Positions 18,858-28,068 of a stretch of DNA of 64,000 nucleotides are shown piece after piece. Under the pieces are notes generated by a model. That model made no database searches. It worked only from the letters and a program-made list of their open reading frames with translations, and was not told the origin of the DNA. The DNA comes from an uncultured Anaerolineales bacterium (lineage in GTDB: Bacteria; Chloroflexota; Anaerolineae; Epilineales; JAANWY01): the NCBI GenBank assembly GCA_964532665.1, contig CAZHMV010000007.1, positions 12,132 to 76,131 on the forward strand. Reading direction: 5' to 3'. Each line of letters starts with the position of its first letter. Position 1 is the stretch's first letter. The position numbers and the translations under genes are program-made.

Positions 18858-21335
18858 TCATATCTCACGCCCATTGGAGAAATCCGGCTGGCCCAACTGG
18901 TCAAAGGCCAGCGGGAAGTAATCCGAATGATCCAGTTGTGCGGCGATATCTTTCATGCGTTGCAAGTTCAGGTCAGCTTGTTGCGTGTCCTGCAGTTCCT
19001 GGGTGCGATAGATACCCTCACGCCATGCCAGGACCCGGAAGCGCTCCTCCAACAACGCCTGCCGATCCGCCTCGCTGTCGGCACCGCGATCGAGCCGGTC
19101 CAGCACCTCAAGTGCCTGATCATAGTAGTGCAACGCGGTTTCGCCTGCCAACGATTCGCGAGCCCTATGACCAGCTTGCTGCAAATACGTGAGTGCCTTG
19201 TCCCATACTCGTGCCGCCACATAGTGGTATGCCAGAGCTTCAACCACCTGGCCGGTCCCCTGACGGTAGCGATTCTCGATTGCCTCAGCGACCTGTCGAT
19301 GAATGACCTGCCGGCGCTGCGGGCTCAAGTCCTGGTAAATCGCCTGGCGAATCTTGTCGTGGGCAAACTCGAAGGTTCTTGATCCTGAGGAGTCGGCCTG
19401 GTGTTCGGTTACCGACCGACGAACGCCGCGTATCCCCTGCCAGGGAACGAGCCTGACCAGCCGGCGCTCCACCCAGATGTCGCTGCTGGCGTCTACCACG
19501 GCTCTATGTTCGGCGGCGGCATCCTGCAGCAATTCGGCATCGAATTGGGGACCGATCACCGCCGCCAGGGTCAGCAGGCGTCGCGCTGACGTGGGGAGCT
19601 GACTCACGCGCCGCATGATCAAGTCATGCAGATTCTCAGATGTGGGTGTGGCGAGCGTGGGCAGCGGGCCGGCAAGGGTCCATCGGTCTGCGTCAGAGGC
19701 CACCAGAATCCCCCGGTCGTACAGGAAGTTGACAAGCTCGACGATGGTCAGCGGCAGGCCGGCGCTTTCAAGATCCAGGAATCGCGCCAGGTTGCCAGCC
19801 TGCTCGTCACTTACGACTGCCGCTGCAACCTGCTGGATGTCGAGTGAGCTGAGCCGGTCCAGGGCCACACAATCGACCCACTGATGACGACTGAGCTGGC
19901 AGCGCAAAGGCAGCAGAGGATGCTCCGGGGCCAGTTCCCCAGGCTGAAACGCGGCAACAATCCAGATGGGGATACTGTTCAGCCGGCGAACCAGGTATTG
20001 CAGCAGATCAAGGCTGAAACGACTGGCCCAGTGCAGATCGTCCAGAAACAGGATGACCGAATTGACGGACTCGTCTGCACAATATGCCTGAGCCAGTTTT
20101 CTCAGGAACTGGGCAACAGCCTCGAAGAGCAGGTGATGGGCTCTGTTGTCTGAAAAGGGGGCCAGTTTGGGCAGATCTGGGCACGACGCGCGCAACTCGG
20201 GGACAAGCCGTGCCAGTTCGGCGAGCTCCTGGGACGACATGCCGGCCAATGCCTCTTGCACAGGACATGCTCGTTCTGTAATGGCCGCCCGCAGCGCGTC
20301 GGAAATGGGCTGAAAGCCGACCCTCGGGACTCGTTCGTAGCAGCGGCCGGATAGCACAAGTGTCGGTGACTCGGCGGCAATCTGTCGGATGAAGAGCTCA
20401 ATCAGGGAGGTCTTTCCAACACCGGCTTCACCTTCCACCAGGGTCAGACGGCCCCCTCCGTGTCGGGTCGCTTCCCAACTGCGGCGCAGACGCGCAGATG
20501 CTGCCTCCCGGCCAATGAAGGGAAAACGTGGGCCAGGCAGTGTGCTTTCTCCCTCCACAAACCTCGATGGCCATTTATCAGCCACAATAGCATGGTACAA
20601 AGCTGTGGTTTCCTCCAGCGGTTCCACACCCAGCTCGGTGTAGAGCAAGGCCCGGCAGTCTTCATACTGAGCCAGGGCGCGACTGCGCCGGCCCGAGAGG
20701 GCATACAGGCGAATCAGGTTGCGGTGTGCCTCTTCGAAGAGCGGGTCGATTTCCAGCAGCCGGCGACCGTACCGGATACCCTGGCGGTAGGCCCCGCTGG
20801 CAAGATAGTAATCCACCAACCTTCGTAGTGCCTGAATCGCCATCTCGCGGAGCCGTTCCTGTTCGTAGAGCAGCCAATGTTCAAAGTCTGGACTTCCCGT
20901 GATGAAGAAGCCGGCCATGAAATCACCCCGATACAGATCGCTGGCCTCGGCCAGGTGTTGGGGGGCGATCCCACCCTCGGCCAGTGTGCTCCGGCGTATG
21001 GCATCTTCGAAAGCCTTGACGTCGAGCCAGTAGTCGGTCTCGGGATTGAACTGCACATTCTGGTGGGTAGTCAAGATAGCTGGCGACCCCGTGTTGCTGT
21101 GGGGGAGCGTGGTTCGCAGATTGTATACTGCCTGCCGCAGATTGCGCCGCGCGGTGTCGTCGTCTCTATCCGGCCACAGAAGGCCGGCCAGGCGGTCGCG
21201 ACTTTGGTGGCTGACCTGATGAAGCAAGAGATAGGCCAGCAGCGCTCGCACCTTCTGCGATTCAAAGCCGCGGACCATCTGGTCGCCATGCCAGACCTCA
21301 AATCCGCCTAAGAGACGAATTTCTAACCTGCTCAA
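18858..21335 (-). CDS. SARP/AfsR-family regulator: OmpR-type wHTH + BTAD, NB-ARC/AAA P-loop NTPase, TPR repeats (STAND architecture); TTG start
   Basis: 825 aa; N-terminal 'LEIRLLGGFEVWHGDQ...VRALLAYLLLH' (SARP wHTH/BTAD), 'LTLVEGEAGVGKTSLIELF' Walker A, C-terminal TPR-like helices. TTG at 21335 preceded by GGAGAGGAG. Confidence 0.75.
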   Translation of the reverse strand: MSRLEIRLLGGFEVWHGDQMVRGFESQKVRALLAYLLLHQVSHQSRDRLAGLLWPDRDDDTARRNLRQAVYNLRTTLPHSNTGSPAILTTHQNVQFNPETDYWLDVKAFEDAIRRSTLAEGGIAPQHLAEASDLYRGDFMAGFFITGSPDFEHWLLYEQERLREMAIQALRRLVDYYLASGAYRQGIRYGRRLLEIDPLFEEAHRNLIRLYALSGRRSRALAQYEDCRALLYTELGVEPLEETTALYHAIVADKWPSRFVEGESTLPGPRFPFIGREAASARLRRSWEATRHGGGRLTLVEGEAGVGKTSLIELFIRQIAAESPTLVLSGRCYERVPRVGFQPISDALRAAITERACPVQEALAGMSSQELAELARLVPELRASCPDLPKLAPFSDNRAHHLLFEAVAQFLRKLAQAYCADESVNSVILFLDDLHWASRFSLDLLQYLVRRLNSIPIWIVAAFQPGELAPEHPLLPLRCQLSRHQWVDCVALDRLSSLDIQQVAAAVVSDEQAGNLARFLDLESAGLPLTIVELVNFLYDRGILVASDADRWTLAGPLPTLATPTSENLHDLIMRRVSQLPTSARRLLTLAAVIGPQFDAELLQDAAAEHRAVVDASSDIWVERRLVRLVPWQGIRGVRRSVTEHQADSSGSRTFEFAHDKIRQAIYQDLSPQRRQVIHRQVAEAIENRYRQGTGQVVEALAYHYVAARVWDKALTYLQQAGHRARESLAGETALHYYDQALEVLDRLDRGADSEADRQALLEERFRVLAWREGIYRTQELQDTQQADLNLQRMKDIAAQLDHSDYFPLAFDQLGQPDFSNGREI

Positions 21336-21415
21336 GGTGTTCTCCTCTCCCGATACTACACCCGGCGCAGCTTGTGAGCCAGCATCATCTGCACGTATGT
21401 GCCCTTATGCTTGCC

Positions 21416-21433
21416 CTACTACAATAATAGTAG
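21416..21433. promoter_or_regulatory. Perfect 6-6-6 inverted repeat CTACTA-CAATAA-TAGTAG in the regulator's upstream region (candidate operator)
   Basis: Read directly; about 80-100 nt upstream of the TTG start of the SARP regulator gene in an AT-rich segment. Confidence 0.35.
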
Positions 21434-21829
21434 CACAAACTTACAAATTGTGTTACGTGAACGGTTGCGTTTCCCGCGACTCTGCGCACCGAACAACACA
21501 ACGCCTTAATTATACATGAATACCAGGCTTTGCCGGTCTCCCTATATGAATTTCCGATAAAAGTGCGCTGAAAGAATGCACAGTAGAGCGTCACGCCGTT
21601 TCATTCCTGCTCCGCTTCTGGCTGGAGCCCAGGGAGATTGAAGATGGTATAGCCCCGATGCGCGGGTACATCTGGCATCTGCAGACCAGTAACGTGAATT
21701 TTTTCATACGATCCGTTGATCAAAAATGTACGCGCCCGGGCGTCACTGCATGTTGTATTAACGGCCATCACAAAACACAACATCTAGGGGACTAAATATG
21801 GCTTATCGTGCACCACCTGCCCGGCCTTC

Positions 21830-21858
21830 TTGTGCTAGCTTGATTTCCGTGCTATAAT
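21830..21858 (+). promoter_or_regulatory. Consensus-like sigma70 promoter TTGTGC-N17-TATAAT driving an approx 330-nt leader before the wHTH gene
   Basis: ttgtgc(21830-35) tagcttgatttccgtgc tataat(21853-58). Confidence 0.55.
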
Positions 21859-22187
21859 AGGAGCCGGATTTGCCGGGCTGTGCTGACCCGCATTCACCTG
21901 CCTTGCCTCAGATTTGCTTCAAGAACCGAGCGAGACCGGACCCGCCACCTGGATGGTATAGCGGGACTATCGATTCATCTCCATAAGCAGACATCATCAC
22001 TCGTGAACAAGGTGCATGAGAACCACCGAGGCCCACACTAGATAGCGGCGGGCTGGGAACTGAGGCTCCATCCAGCTCACACCATGCTCTACCCGAGACG
22101 GTAGTCTGTGCCCGATCCTCTGCGAACCGACGTGTGAGTGGATTTCTAAAAACACCTTGAACACCGACTTTATAGCAAGGACCTTGG

Positions 22188-22562
22188 ATGGCCGACCGGA
22201 AAAACTCCGCCGACCGCAGTAAGACTGAGAATGAGAACCGCCTGGAGTGTGCTGACCTCGTACTCGACCTGTCTACTCGCCACTTGACGAAAGGTGATGG
22301 CCGACCTCAGCGCCTGACGCCGAAAGAGTGCCGCTTGCTTGCCACTTTCATCCGCAATCGCGGACAGGTTCTGAGCCGCGAGTTCCTGATGCAGGAGGTA
22401 TGGGAGACAGAGTACTATGGAGATATGCGCACCCTGGAAGTGCACGTGAGCTGGCTGCGTGCCAAGATCGAGGACGACCGGTCCAATCCTCGCTATCTAC
22501 ATACCGTGCGCGGGGTAGGATACTGGTTCGAACCCAACCAACGGAGTGTAGGTGAGTCCTAG
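22188..22562 (+). CDS. Stand-alone OmpR/PhoB-type winged-helix DNA-binding protein (trans_reg_C only, no receiver)
   Basis: 124 aa; 'LTPKECRLLATFIRNRGQVLSREFLMQEVWE...TLEVHVSWLRAKIEDD...YLHTVRGVGYWF'. Confidence 0.75.
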   Translation: MADRKNSADRSKTENENRLECADLVLDLSTRHLTKGDGRPQRLTPKECRLLATFIRNRGQVLSREFLMQEVWETEYYGDMRTLEVHVSWLRAKIEDDRSNPRYLHTVRGVGYWFEPNQRSVGES

Positions 22563-22623
22563 GCTCAATACTTTTCAGATCGGCTCCCAGGCCCGGTCGC
22601 TGCGCGCGGTCTCTCGCCGGCTG

Positions 22624-22881
22624 CTACCCGAGCACCAGCGACAGCAACACCCATCGTGCCACTTCCAGTAGAACGATGGCGACCAGCGGGCTGAAATCGA
22701 TCATGCCGGTTGATGGCAGGTAGCGACGAATCGGCGCCAGAATCGGCTCCGTAATCTGATAAAGAATCTGCATCGCCGGATGATAGGGATTCGGGTTCAC
22801 CCAGGATACCAGCACGCGGGCCAGAATTGCTAAGTACAAGATCCTGAAGATAATGCTGATCAAGTTGGCAATGATTATCAT
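22624..22881 (-). CDS. yggT: YggT family membrane protein
   Basis: 85 aa, two TM helices, 'ILARVLVSWV.P...P....I...TEPIL.PIRR' YggT signature; in the conserved pgeF-yggS-proC-yggT cluster. Confidence 0.8.
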   Translation of the reverse strand: MIIIANLISIIFRILYLAILARVLVSWVNPNPYHPAMQILYQITEPILAPIRRYLPSTGMIDFSPLVAIVLLEVARWVLLSLVLG

Positions 22882-23840
22882 CTCAGCTCCAGTTCATCGG
22901 GATGTTCCTCGGCGTAGTGGTTGTCTGCCTCTGCTTCGCTAAGGTCGCCCAGATACTTCGATTTCTGGTAGGCCGCCCAGATGGCACGGGATACAACCGT
23001 GCGCAGCCCACCCTTCTCCAACTGATACAGGGCTTCGGCCGATGTGCCGCCCGGCGACGTCACCATGTTGCGAAGTTGTGCCGGATGCAGGTTGGATCGG
23101 CGCGCAAAGTTTACGGCTCCGCGCATGGTTTGCAGTACCAGACGCTCAGATAAATAACGCGAAAAGCCCAGGTGTACGCCGGCATCGATCAGTGCCTCCA
23201 TGAACAGGAAGACGTAGGCCGGCCCTGTCCCGCTCAGCGCCGTTGCCATGTCCAGGTAGCCCTCATCCTCGACGTACACTTCTTCGCCCAGCGCGCTCAG
23301 CAATCCACGCGCCTGGGCGTGCTGCTTCTCGGTTACAGCGGCCGTGTCGGTCCATACCGTGATGCCTTCCCCGATCTGAGCCGGCGTGTTCGGCATGGAA
23401 CGCACAATCGCTTGGTGGTCCAGCCCTTGCGCAATGGTTCTGATACGTGCGCCGGCCACGATGGACAGAATCAAGTTGTCTGCATCGACGGCGTCGCGGA
23501 TCTCTTTCAGGACGACCGACAATACCTGTGGTTTCACCGAAAGCACGATGACTTCCGCCGTCTCCACGGCCTGAACGTTGTCGGTTGTGACATGGATACC
23601 GTAGCGTTTGGCCAACTCCTGCACCCGCTCCTGGCGCGGGTCGCTGGCAATGATGTACTCAGGCGTCACCAATTCACGATTCAGGACGCCCTTAATCATC
23701 GCTTCACCCATGTTGCCGCTGCCAATAAAGGCCAGCTTCGTCTGTTGTAACAAGGTTCTCCTACTCCCGTCTCTTTCCAAAGATCGCTCGACCAATGCGT
23801 ACGAGCGTTGCTCCTTCCTCGACGGCGACCTCAAAGTCAT
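22878..23840 (-). CDS. proC: Pyrroline-5-carboxylate reductase
   Basis: 'LAFIGSGNMGEAMIKG' Rossmann motif, 'LSVKPQ', C-terminal ProC dimerisation domain. Real start probably TTG 23782 (GGAGTAGGAGAAcc upstream), which shortens the overlap with yggS. Confidence 0.85.
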   Translation of the reverse strand: MTLRSPSRKEQRSYALVERSLERDGSRRTLLQQTKLAFIGSGNMGEAMIKGVLNRELVTPEYIIASDPRQERVQELAKRYGIHVTTDNVQAVETAEVIVLSVKPQVLSVVLKEIRDAVDADNLILSIVAGARIRTIAQGLDHQAIVRSMPNTPAQIGEGITVWTDTAAVTEKQHAQARGLLSALGEEVYVEDEGYLDMATALSGTGPAYVFLFMEALIDAGVHLGFSRYLSERLVLQTMRGAVNFARRSNLHPAQLRNMVTSPGGTSAEALYQLEKGGLRTVVSRAIWAAYQKSKYLGDLSEAEADNHYAEEHPDELELR

Positions 23841-24480
23841 CCGTCATGCCCATGGACAAATGGCGCCAGTCAAGATCGGGGAACTCGTCGGCCAGCCGAC
23901 CCCGCAATCTCCGCAGCCGGCGAAAACAGGGCCGCACGACCTCCGGGTCCTCGGCGATTGGCGCCACAGTCATCAGCCCCCGAATCTCCACGTGCGGCAG
24001 TGGGGCAATCTGCCGCACAGCCGCGCCAACCGCCTGCGGGGCGAAGCCGTACTTCGAAGCTTCACCGGCCACGTTAACCTCGAGCAGTATGGGCATTACC
24101 TTACCGGCCTGGCCGGCTCGCCGGTCGATCTCTTCTGCAAGTCGCACGCTGTCCACTGAATGCACCAGATTGAACAGCGGGATCACGTGCCTGACTTTGT
24201 TCCGCTGCAAATGGCCGATCATGTGCCAGCGGATTGCGGATTTCTCCTTTGGAATCACCAGCGGAATCTTCTCGATTGCCTCCTGAACCCGGTTTTCGCC
24301 GAAATCCGTCAGGCCCAGTTCCCAGGCCATGCGCACCCGCCGGGCCGGCACCGTCTTGGTGACGGCGACGAGCGTCACCTCAGCCGGGTCGCGGCCAACC
24401 CGCCCGGCCGCCTCGGCTATTCTCGTGCGAACCCGTTCGATGTTTTCTCGTAACTCCTGCTCAGCCGCCTCGATGCCCAT
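23761..24480 (-). CDS. yggS: YggS-family pyridoxal-phosphate homeostasis protein (alanine-racemase N-domain fold)
   Basis: 239 aa; 'VTLVAVTKTV', 'GENRVQEA', 'HMIGHLQRNK', 'EIRGLMTVAP' YggS motifs. Confidence 0.85.
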   Translation of the reverse strand: MGIEAAEQELRENIERVRTRIAEAAGRVGRDPAEVTLVAVTKTVPARRVRMAWELGLTDFGENRVQEAIEKIPLVIPKEKSAIRWHMIGHLQRNKVRHVIPLFNLVHSVDSVRLAEEIDRRAGQAGKVMPILLEVNVAGEASKYGFAPQAVGAAVRQIAPLPHVEIRGLMTVAPIAEDPEVVRPCFRRLRRLRGRLADEFPDLDWRHLSMGMTDDFEVAVEEGATLVRIGRAIFGKRRE

Positions 24481-24492
24481 AGCTGCTCAATG

Positions 24493-25287
24493 TTACAAAA
24501 GTGACTGGTCACCGAGCCCGATCGCCACCCCAAACCGGCCGGTTTTCCCTCCCTCGGCTCGATGAGAGAAGAACTCGTCAACGCGACATGCTGTGCAGAT
24601 GGGGGCTACCTCGATGTGCTCGACACCCAGACTGCGCAACTGGCGCACATTCCCGCCCGGTAGATCAAAATGCACCGCTCCGTTCACCTTTGGCAACAGC
24701 GCCTCGGGGGTCTCAAACGCCGCGCCCACTGCCTGGGTGACGTCGCTGCCGACTTCGTAGCAGCATGGCCCAATGCCCGGACCGATTCCGACCCACAAGT
24801 CCCGTGGCCGGCTGCCGAAAGCTGACTGCATCGCCCGCACTGTGGCCGGCGCGACGCCGGCCAGCGTCCCGCGCCAGCCGGCATGGGCGATTCCCACGGC
24901 TGCGTGCACGGGATCGTAGAACAGCACCGGCATACAGTCGGCAAACCGCTGGAAGAGCATCAGCCCGTGCTCTTGTGTGATCAGCCCATCCGTCTGGGAA
25001 ATCACCTGGCCGGCCTGCCGGCGACCTACCACGCGAACGGTGCGTCCGTGGACCAGCCAGGCGGTGACAACGTCGTGGTCCGTGACCCCCAACGCGTGAT
25101 AGGCGCGATGATGATTCTCCTCCACGGCCGCCGGGTCATCACCGACGGTGTGGCCCAGATTGAGCTCGGCGAAGGGCGACTCACTTACCCCGCCCAGCCG
25201 GGTGAAGACCGCATGACGGATACCCGGGTGATTTTCAAGGCCGGCGAACCGGTAGAACGTCACTCCATCTCGTTCGTAGCGATACAC
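24493..25287 (-). CDS. pgeF: Peptidoglycan editing factor PgeF / YfiH-family (DUF152) protein
   Basis: 'FTRLGGVSESPFAELNLG', 'QEHGLMLFQRFADCMPVLFYD', 'AHAGWRGT' conserved YfiH blocks. Start set at GTG 25287 (GGAGGATTC upstream); ORF track extends to 25425. Confidence 0.75.
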   Translation of the reverse strand: MYRYERDGVTFYRFAGLENHPGIRHAVFTRLGGVSESPFAELNLGHTVGDDPAAVEENHHRAYHALGVTDHDVVTAWLVHGRTVRVVGRRQAGQVISQTDGLITQEHGLMLFQRFADCMPVLFYDPVHAAVGIAHAGWRGTLAGVAPATVRAMQSAFGSRPRDLWVGIGPGIGPCCYEVGSDVTQAVGAAFETPEALLPKVNGAVHFDLPGGNVRQLRSLGVEHIEVAPICTACRVDEFFSHRAEGGKTGRFGVAIGLGDQSLL

Positions 25288-25604
25288 GAATCCTCCAATG
25301 TTCCGCCAGAAGTCTACCACAAATGGAAAACATACGCAACAATGCCACTCAGTGTTTGAGGGCTGCGTATTACTCAGCCCACTCGGCCTGGATTTGACAA
25401 TCCAGGCCAAAGATGACAGAATCAACCCGAAGCTGGTCTGTTTGGCTGCCGGGTCGTTCGACTGATCTCGCGACGAGGTCTGGAGATCCGGCGGGAGCGG
25501 CCGAGTAGTTACGACACACTTTGGACTTTCCCAAGACCTGAATTAGACCTTCGTCGGGTATGTTAGTGGGTAACGACCGATGAAGGAGCCCACACAGAGG
25601 AGGC

Positions 25605-26483
25605 ATGATCTGTATGGAAGATTTGACCGAGCATTTTGTTGAGCTTGTGCGTCGTGCCGCCACCGATCTGCGTCCAGATGTCGAGAACGCCATCCGCGAG
25701 GCCAAGGAGCACGAAGATCCGAATACGCCGGCGACAGCCGTCCTGGACACCATTCTGGAGAATGTGGAGTTGGCGCGAAGGCAGAGCACCCCGATTTGCC
25801 AGGATACCGGCACGCCCATCTTCTACGTGCACTACCCGGCCGGCTGGTCTACCATCGCGTTGCGAGAGCAAATCCGCGATGCTGTTGCTACTGCGACGGC
25901 GAAGGCGTACCTGCGACCCAATGCGGTGGATAGCCTGACGGGACAGAACAGTGGCAACAACCTGGGCAACGATTTCCCGTCCATCCACTTTCAGGAGTGG
26001 GAAGAGGATTATCTGAAGGTCAATCTGCTGTTGAAGGGCGGGGGCTGCGAAAACGTCGGCGCCCAGTACAAGTTGCCCGATGCGAAGTTCAGTGCCGGCC
26101 GCGATCTGGAAGGTGTGCGCAAGGTCGTGTTGGATGCCGTCCAGAATGCTCAGGGCAAGGGATGTGCACCTGGCGTCCTGGGTATTGCTGTTGGCGGCGA
26201 TCGTGGTTCGGGATACGTTCGGAGCAAAGAGCAATTGTTCAGGCCGCTGGGTCAGCGTAATGAGAAGCCGGAGCTGGCAGAGCTGGAGAAGCGCATTTAC
26301 GAAGAGGCCAATCAGTTGGGCATTGGCCCCATGGGGCTCGGTGGCAAGACGACTGTTCTGGATGTTCAGTTGGACGTTCTGCATCGCTTGCCGGCCTGCT
26401 ACTACGTATCCGTTTCCTACATGTGCTGGGCCGACCGGCGCCGCACATTGACCTACCGCGACGGGGAGGTGCAAATTGATTGA
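25605..26483 (+). CDS. fumA: Fe-S hydro-lyase, class I fumarate hydratase / tartrate dehydratase alpha subunit
   Basis: 292 aa; 'ICQDTGTPIFYV' Cys-ligand block and overall FumA/TtdA N-domain similarity. Confidence 0.8.
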   Translation: MICMEDLTEHFVELVRRAATDLRPDVENAIREAKEHEDPNTPATAVLDTILENVELARRQSTPICQDTGTPIFYVHYPAGWSTIALREQIRDAVATATAKAYLRPNAVDSLTGQNSGNNLGNDFPSIHFQEWEEDYLKVNLLLKGGGCENVGAQYKLPDAKFSAGRDLEGVRKVVLDAVQNAQGKGCAPGVLGIAVGGDRGSGYVRSKEQLFRPLGQRNEKPELAELEKRIYEEANQLGIGPMGLGGKTTVLDVQLDVLHRLPACYYVSVSYMCWADRRRTLTYRDGEVQID

Positions 26484-27090
26484 CCTGACCATTCCCATCT
26501 CCGAAGAGGAAATCCGTTCACTGCACGTGGGGGACACGGTGAGCGTGTCTGGCATCATGCTCACTGCGCGGGACGCGGCTCACAAGTACATGATCGAAAA
26601 CTTCATCCGAACCGATCAGGTGCCGGCCTCGGAGCAGGAAATGTACGAAAAACTGAAGGCCGATTTGGATGGGGGAGTGATCTATCATTGCGGACCAATT
26701 GTCGCGAAGGACAATGGGGTCTGGCGCTTTGTGGCCGCCGGCCCGACCACCAGCATCCGCGAGGAAGTGTATCAGCCCGAGGTGATTGAGCACTTCAATC
26801 TGAGGGCCGTCATCGGTAAGGGGGGCATGGGACCGAATACTTTGAAGGCTTGCCAGGACTTTGGCGCAGTCTACCTGCAGGCAGTGGGCGGTGCCGCCTC
26901 ACTGATTGCCAATGCCGTCGTAGAAGTCCTTGACGTTTACAAGATGGAATTCGGTGTACCCGAGGCATTCTGGAGGATTCGCGTTGAGAACTTCCCGGCC
27001 GTCGTCACCATGGACAGCCACGGCCGGAGCCTGCACGATGACGTCCTGGCGAAATCGCGTGAGGTGTTTGAGCGACTGATTGCCGCGTAG
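26476..27090 (+). CDS. fumB: Fe-S hydro-lyase, class I fumarate hydratase / tartrate dehydratase beta subunit
   Basis: 204 aa, swivel beta-barrel domain (…GDTVSVSGIMLTARDAAHK…); overlaps the alpha subunit by 8 nt. Confidence 0.8.
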   Translation: MIDLTIPISEEEIRSLHVGDTVSVSGIMLTARDAAHKYMIENFIRTDQVPASEQEMYEKLKADLDGGVIYHCGPIVAKDNGVWRFVAAGPTTSIREEVYQPEVIEHFNLRAVIGKGGMGPNTLKACQDFGAVYLQAVGGAASLIANAVVEVLDVYKMEFGVPEAFWRIRVENFPAVVTMDSHGRSLHDDVLAKSREVFERLIAA

Positions 27091-27098
27091 CAGCCCGG

Positions 27099-27180
27099 GA
27101 CGTGAAACGTGAAACGTAAAACGTGAGAATTCCTACATGCATGGACTGGCCATCACGTTTTATGTTTCACGTTTCACGAG
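27099..27180. repeat. Family A heptamer palindrome: (AACGTGA)x4 - approx 28-nt spacer - (TCACGTT)x4
   Basis: gacgtgaaacgtgaaacgtaaaacgtgag ... catcacgttttatgtttcacgtttcacgag read directly. Same architecture at 40013-40076, 44030-44120, 53394-53470. Confidence 0.85.
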
Positions 27181-27216
27181 ATGGGTAGAGGTTGACCGGG
27201 AATCACGTTCACCGTG

Positions 27217-27882
27217 TCACGCTGGCTGAATGCATCTGGGCGAGTCGTTAGAGGGGGAGTTGACGTAACGCGATACAGCGTAGGCCTCCATCTCTGTTTC
27301 AGGATACGGCTTCAGCAGCGACAGAAGCTGATCTTGCTTCGAACCGTCAAGGGCCAGCCAGTCATCGATCACGTCGTGCGGCAGGATTACGGGCATCCGA
27401 TCGTGAATCGGTCTCAGTAACTGGTTGGGCGTTGTTGTGATGATGGTGCAACTCTTGAGCGGTTCGCCCCCGTCGGCCGGCTCCCACACATCCCACAGGC
27501 CGGCCAGGCCAAATGGCCGCCCCGATTTCAGTCGAACATACATTGGCACCTTCCTGTCGCCGATTTTCTGCCACTCGTAGAAGCCATCCGCCAGCACGAG
27601 ACAGCGGCGTTTCGCAAACGGGACCCGATAGCTGGGCTTCTCGGCGATCGTCTCGGCTCGTGCGTTGATCATGCTGTAGCGCGTGTCAGGCCCCTTAGCC
27701 CAGTGAGGCACCAGGCCCCATCGAAACTGCTCCAGCCGGCGTCCCCCGTTCTTGACCAGAGCCAGAACTTGTTGTGTGGGAGCGATGTTGTAGCGCGGCT
27801 CGTGTTCGACGGAGACGTCGGCTACACCGAATTCGGCAGCGATGTCTTCGATTGTTGCTGCGAGTGTAAACCGTCCGCACAT
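27217..27882 (-). CDS. SOS-response-associated peptidase (SRAP / YedK / HMCES family) abasic-site processing protein
   Basis: 221 aa starting 'MCGRF' (Cys2 nucleophile), 'YNIAPTQ', 'ETIAEKPSYR', 'GFYEW', 'PMPVIL'-type blocks. Confidence 0.85.
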   Translation of the reverse strand: MCGRFTLAATIEDIAAEFGVADVSVEHEPRYNIAPTQQVLALVKNGGRRLEQFRWGLVPHWAKGPDTRYSMINARAETIAEKPSYRVPFAKRRCLVLADGFYEWQKIGDRKVPMYVRLKSGRPFGLAGLWDVWEPADGGEPLKSCTIITTTPNQLLRPIHDRMPVILPHDVIDDWLALDGSKQDQLLSLLKPYPETEMEAYAVSRYVNSPSNDSPRCIQPA

Positions 27883-27904
27883 AGTGATCTCCTGACCTTT
27901 CTTG

Positions 27905-27976
27905 GTAGGGACGAGGCAGGCGGGGTGACGATTTCGTCTGGAATGGGGAGTTCCAACCCGCTTGCCTCGCCCCTAC
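27905..27976. promoter_or_regulatory. 20-bp imperfect inverted repeat (GTAGGGACGAGGCAGGCGGG ... CCCGCTTGCCTCGCCCCTAC) in the SRAP / fumC divergent intergenic region
   Basis: 18/20 complementary positions, 32-nt spacer. Followed by a weak promoter-like TTGCGC-N17-TAGGAT before fumC. Confidence 0.4.
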
Positions 27977-28068
27977 GGCCCGTTTGCGCGTGTCATCAGT
28001 ATATGCTAGGATGGTAGCGGTGTCAAGAACACAATCGACAAATCGTAGCCATGAAAGGAATGTAGGCG

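Noticed and set aside
18858-21335. STAND NTPase as an antiviral Avs/defence protein
   Set aside because: The N-terminal domain is a SARP-type wHTH/BTAD DNA-binding module rather than a nuclease or other effector, and the context is regulatory (orphan wHTH, glycosylation operon). A transcriptional regulator of the AfsR type is the better fit.
21337-22187. Possible tRNA, rRNA or CRISPR content in the large AT-rich intergenic island and elsewhere
   Set aside because: No cloverleaf-compatible GTTC-arm / acceptor pairing found, no rRNA-like conserved blocks, and no regularly spaced identical direct repeats with unique spacers anywhere in the window.
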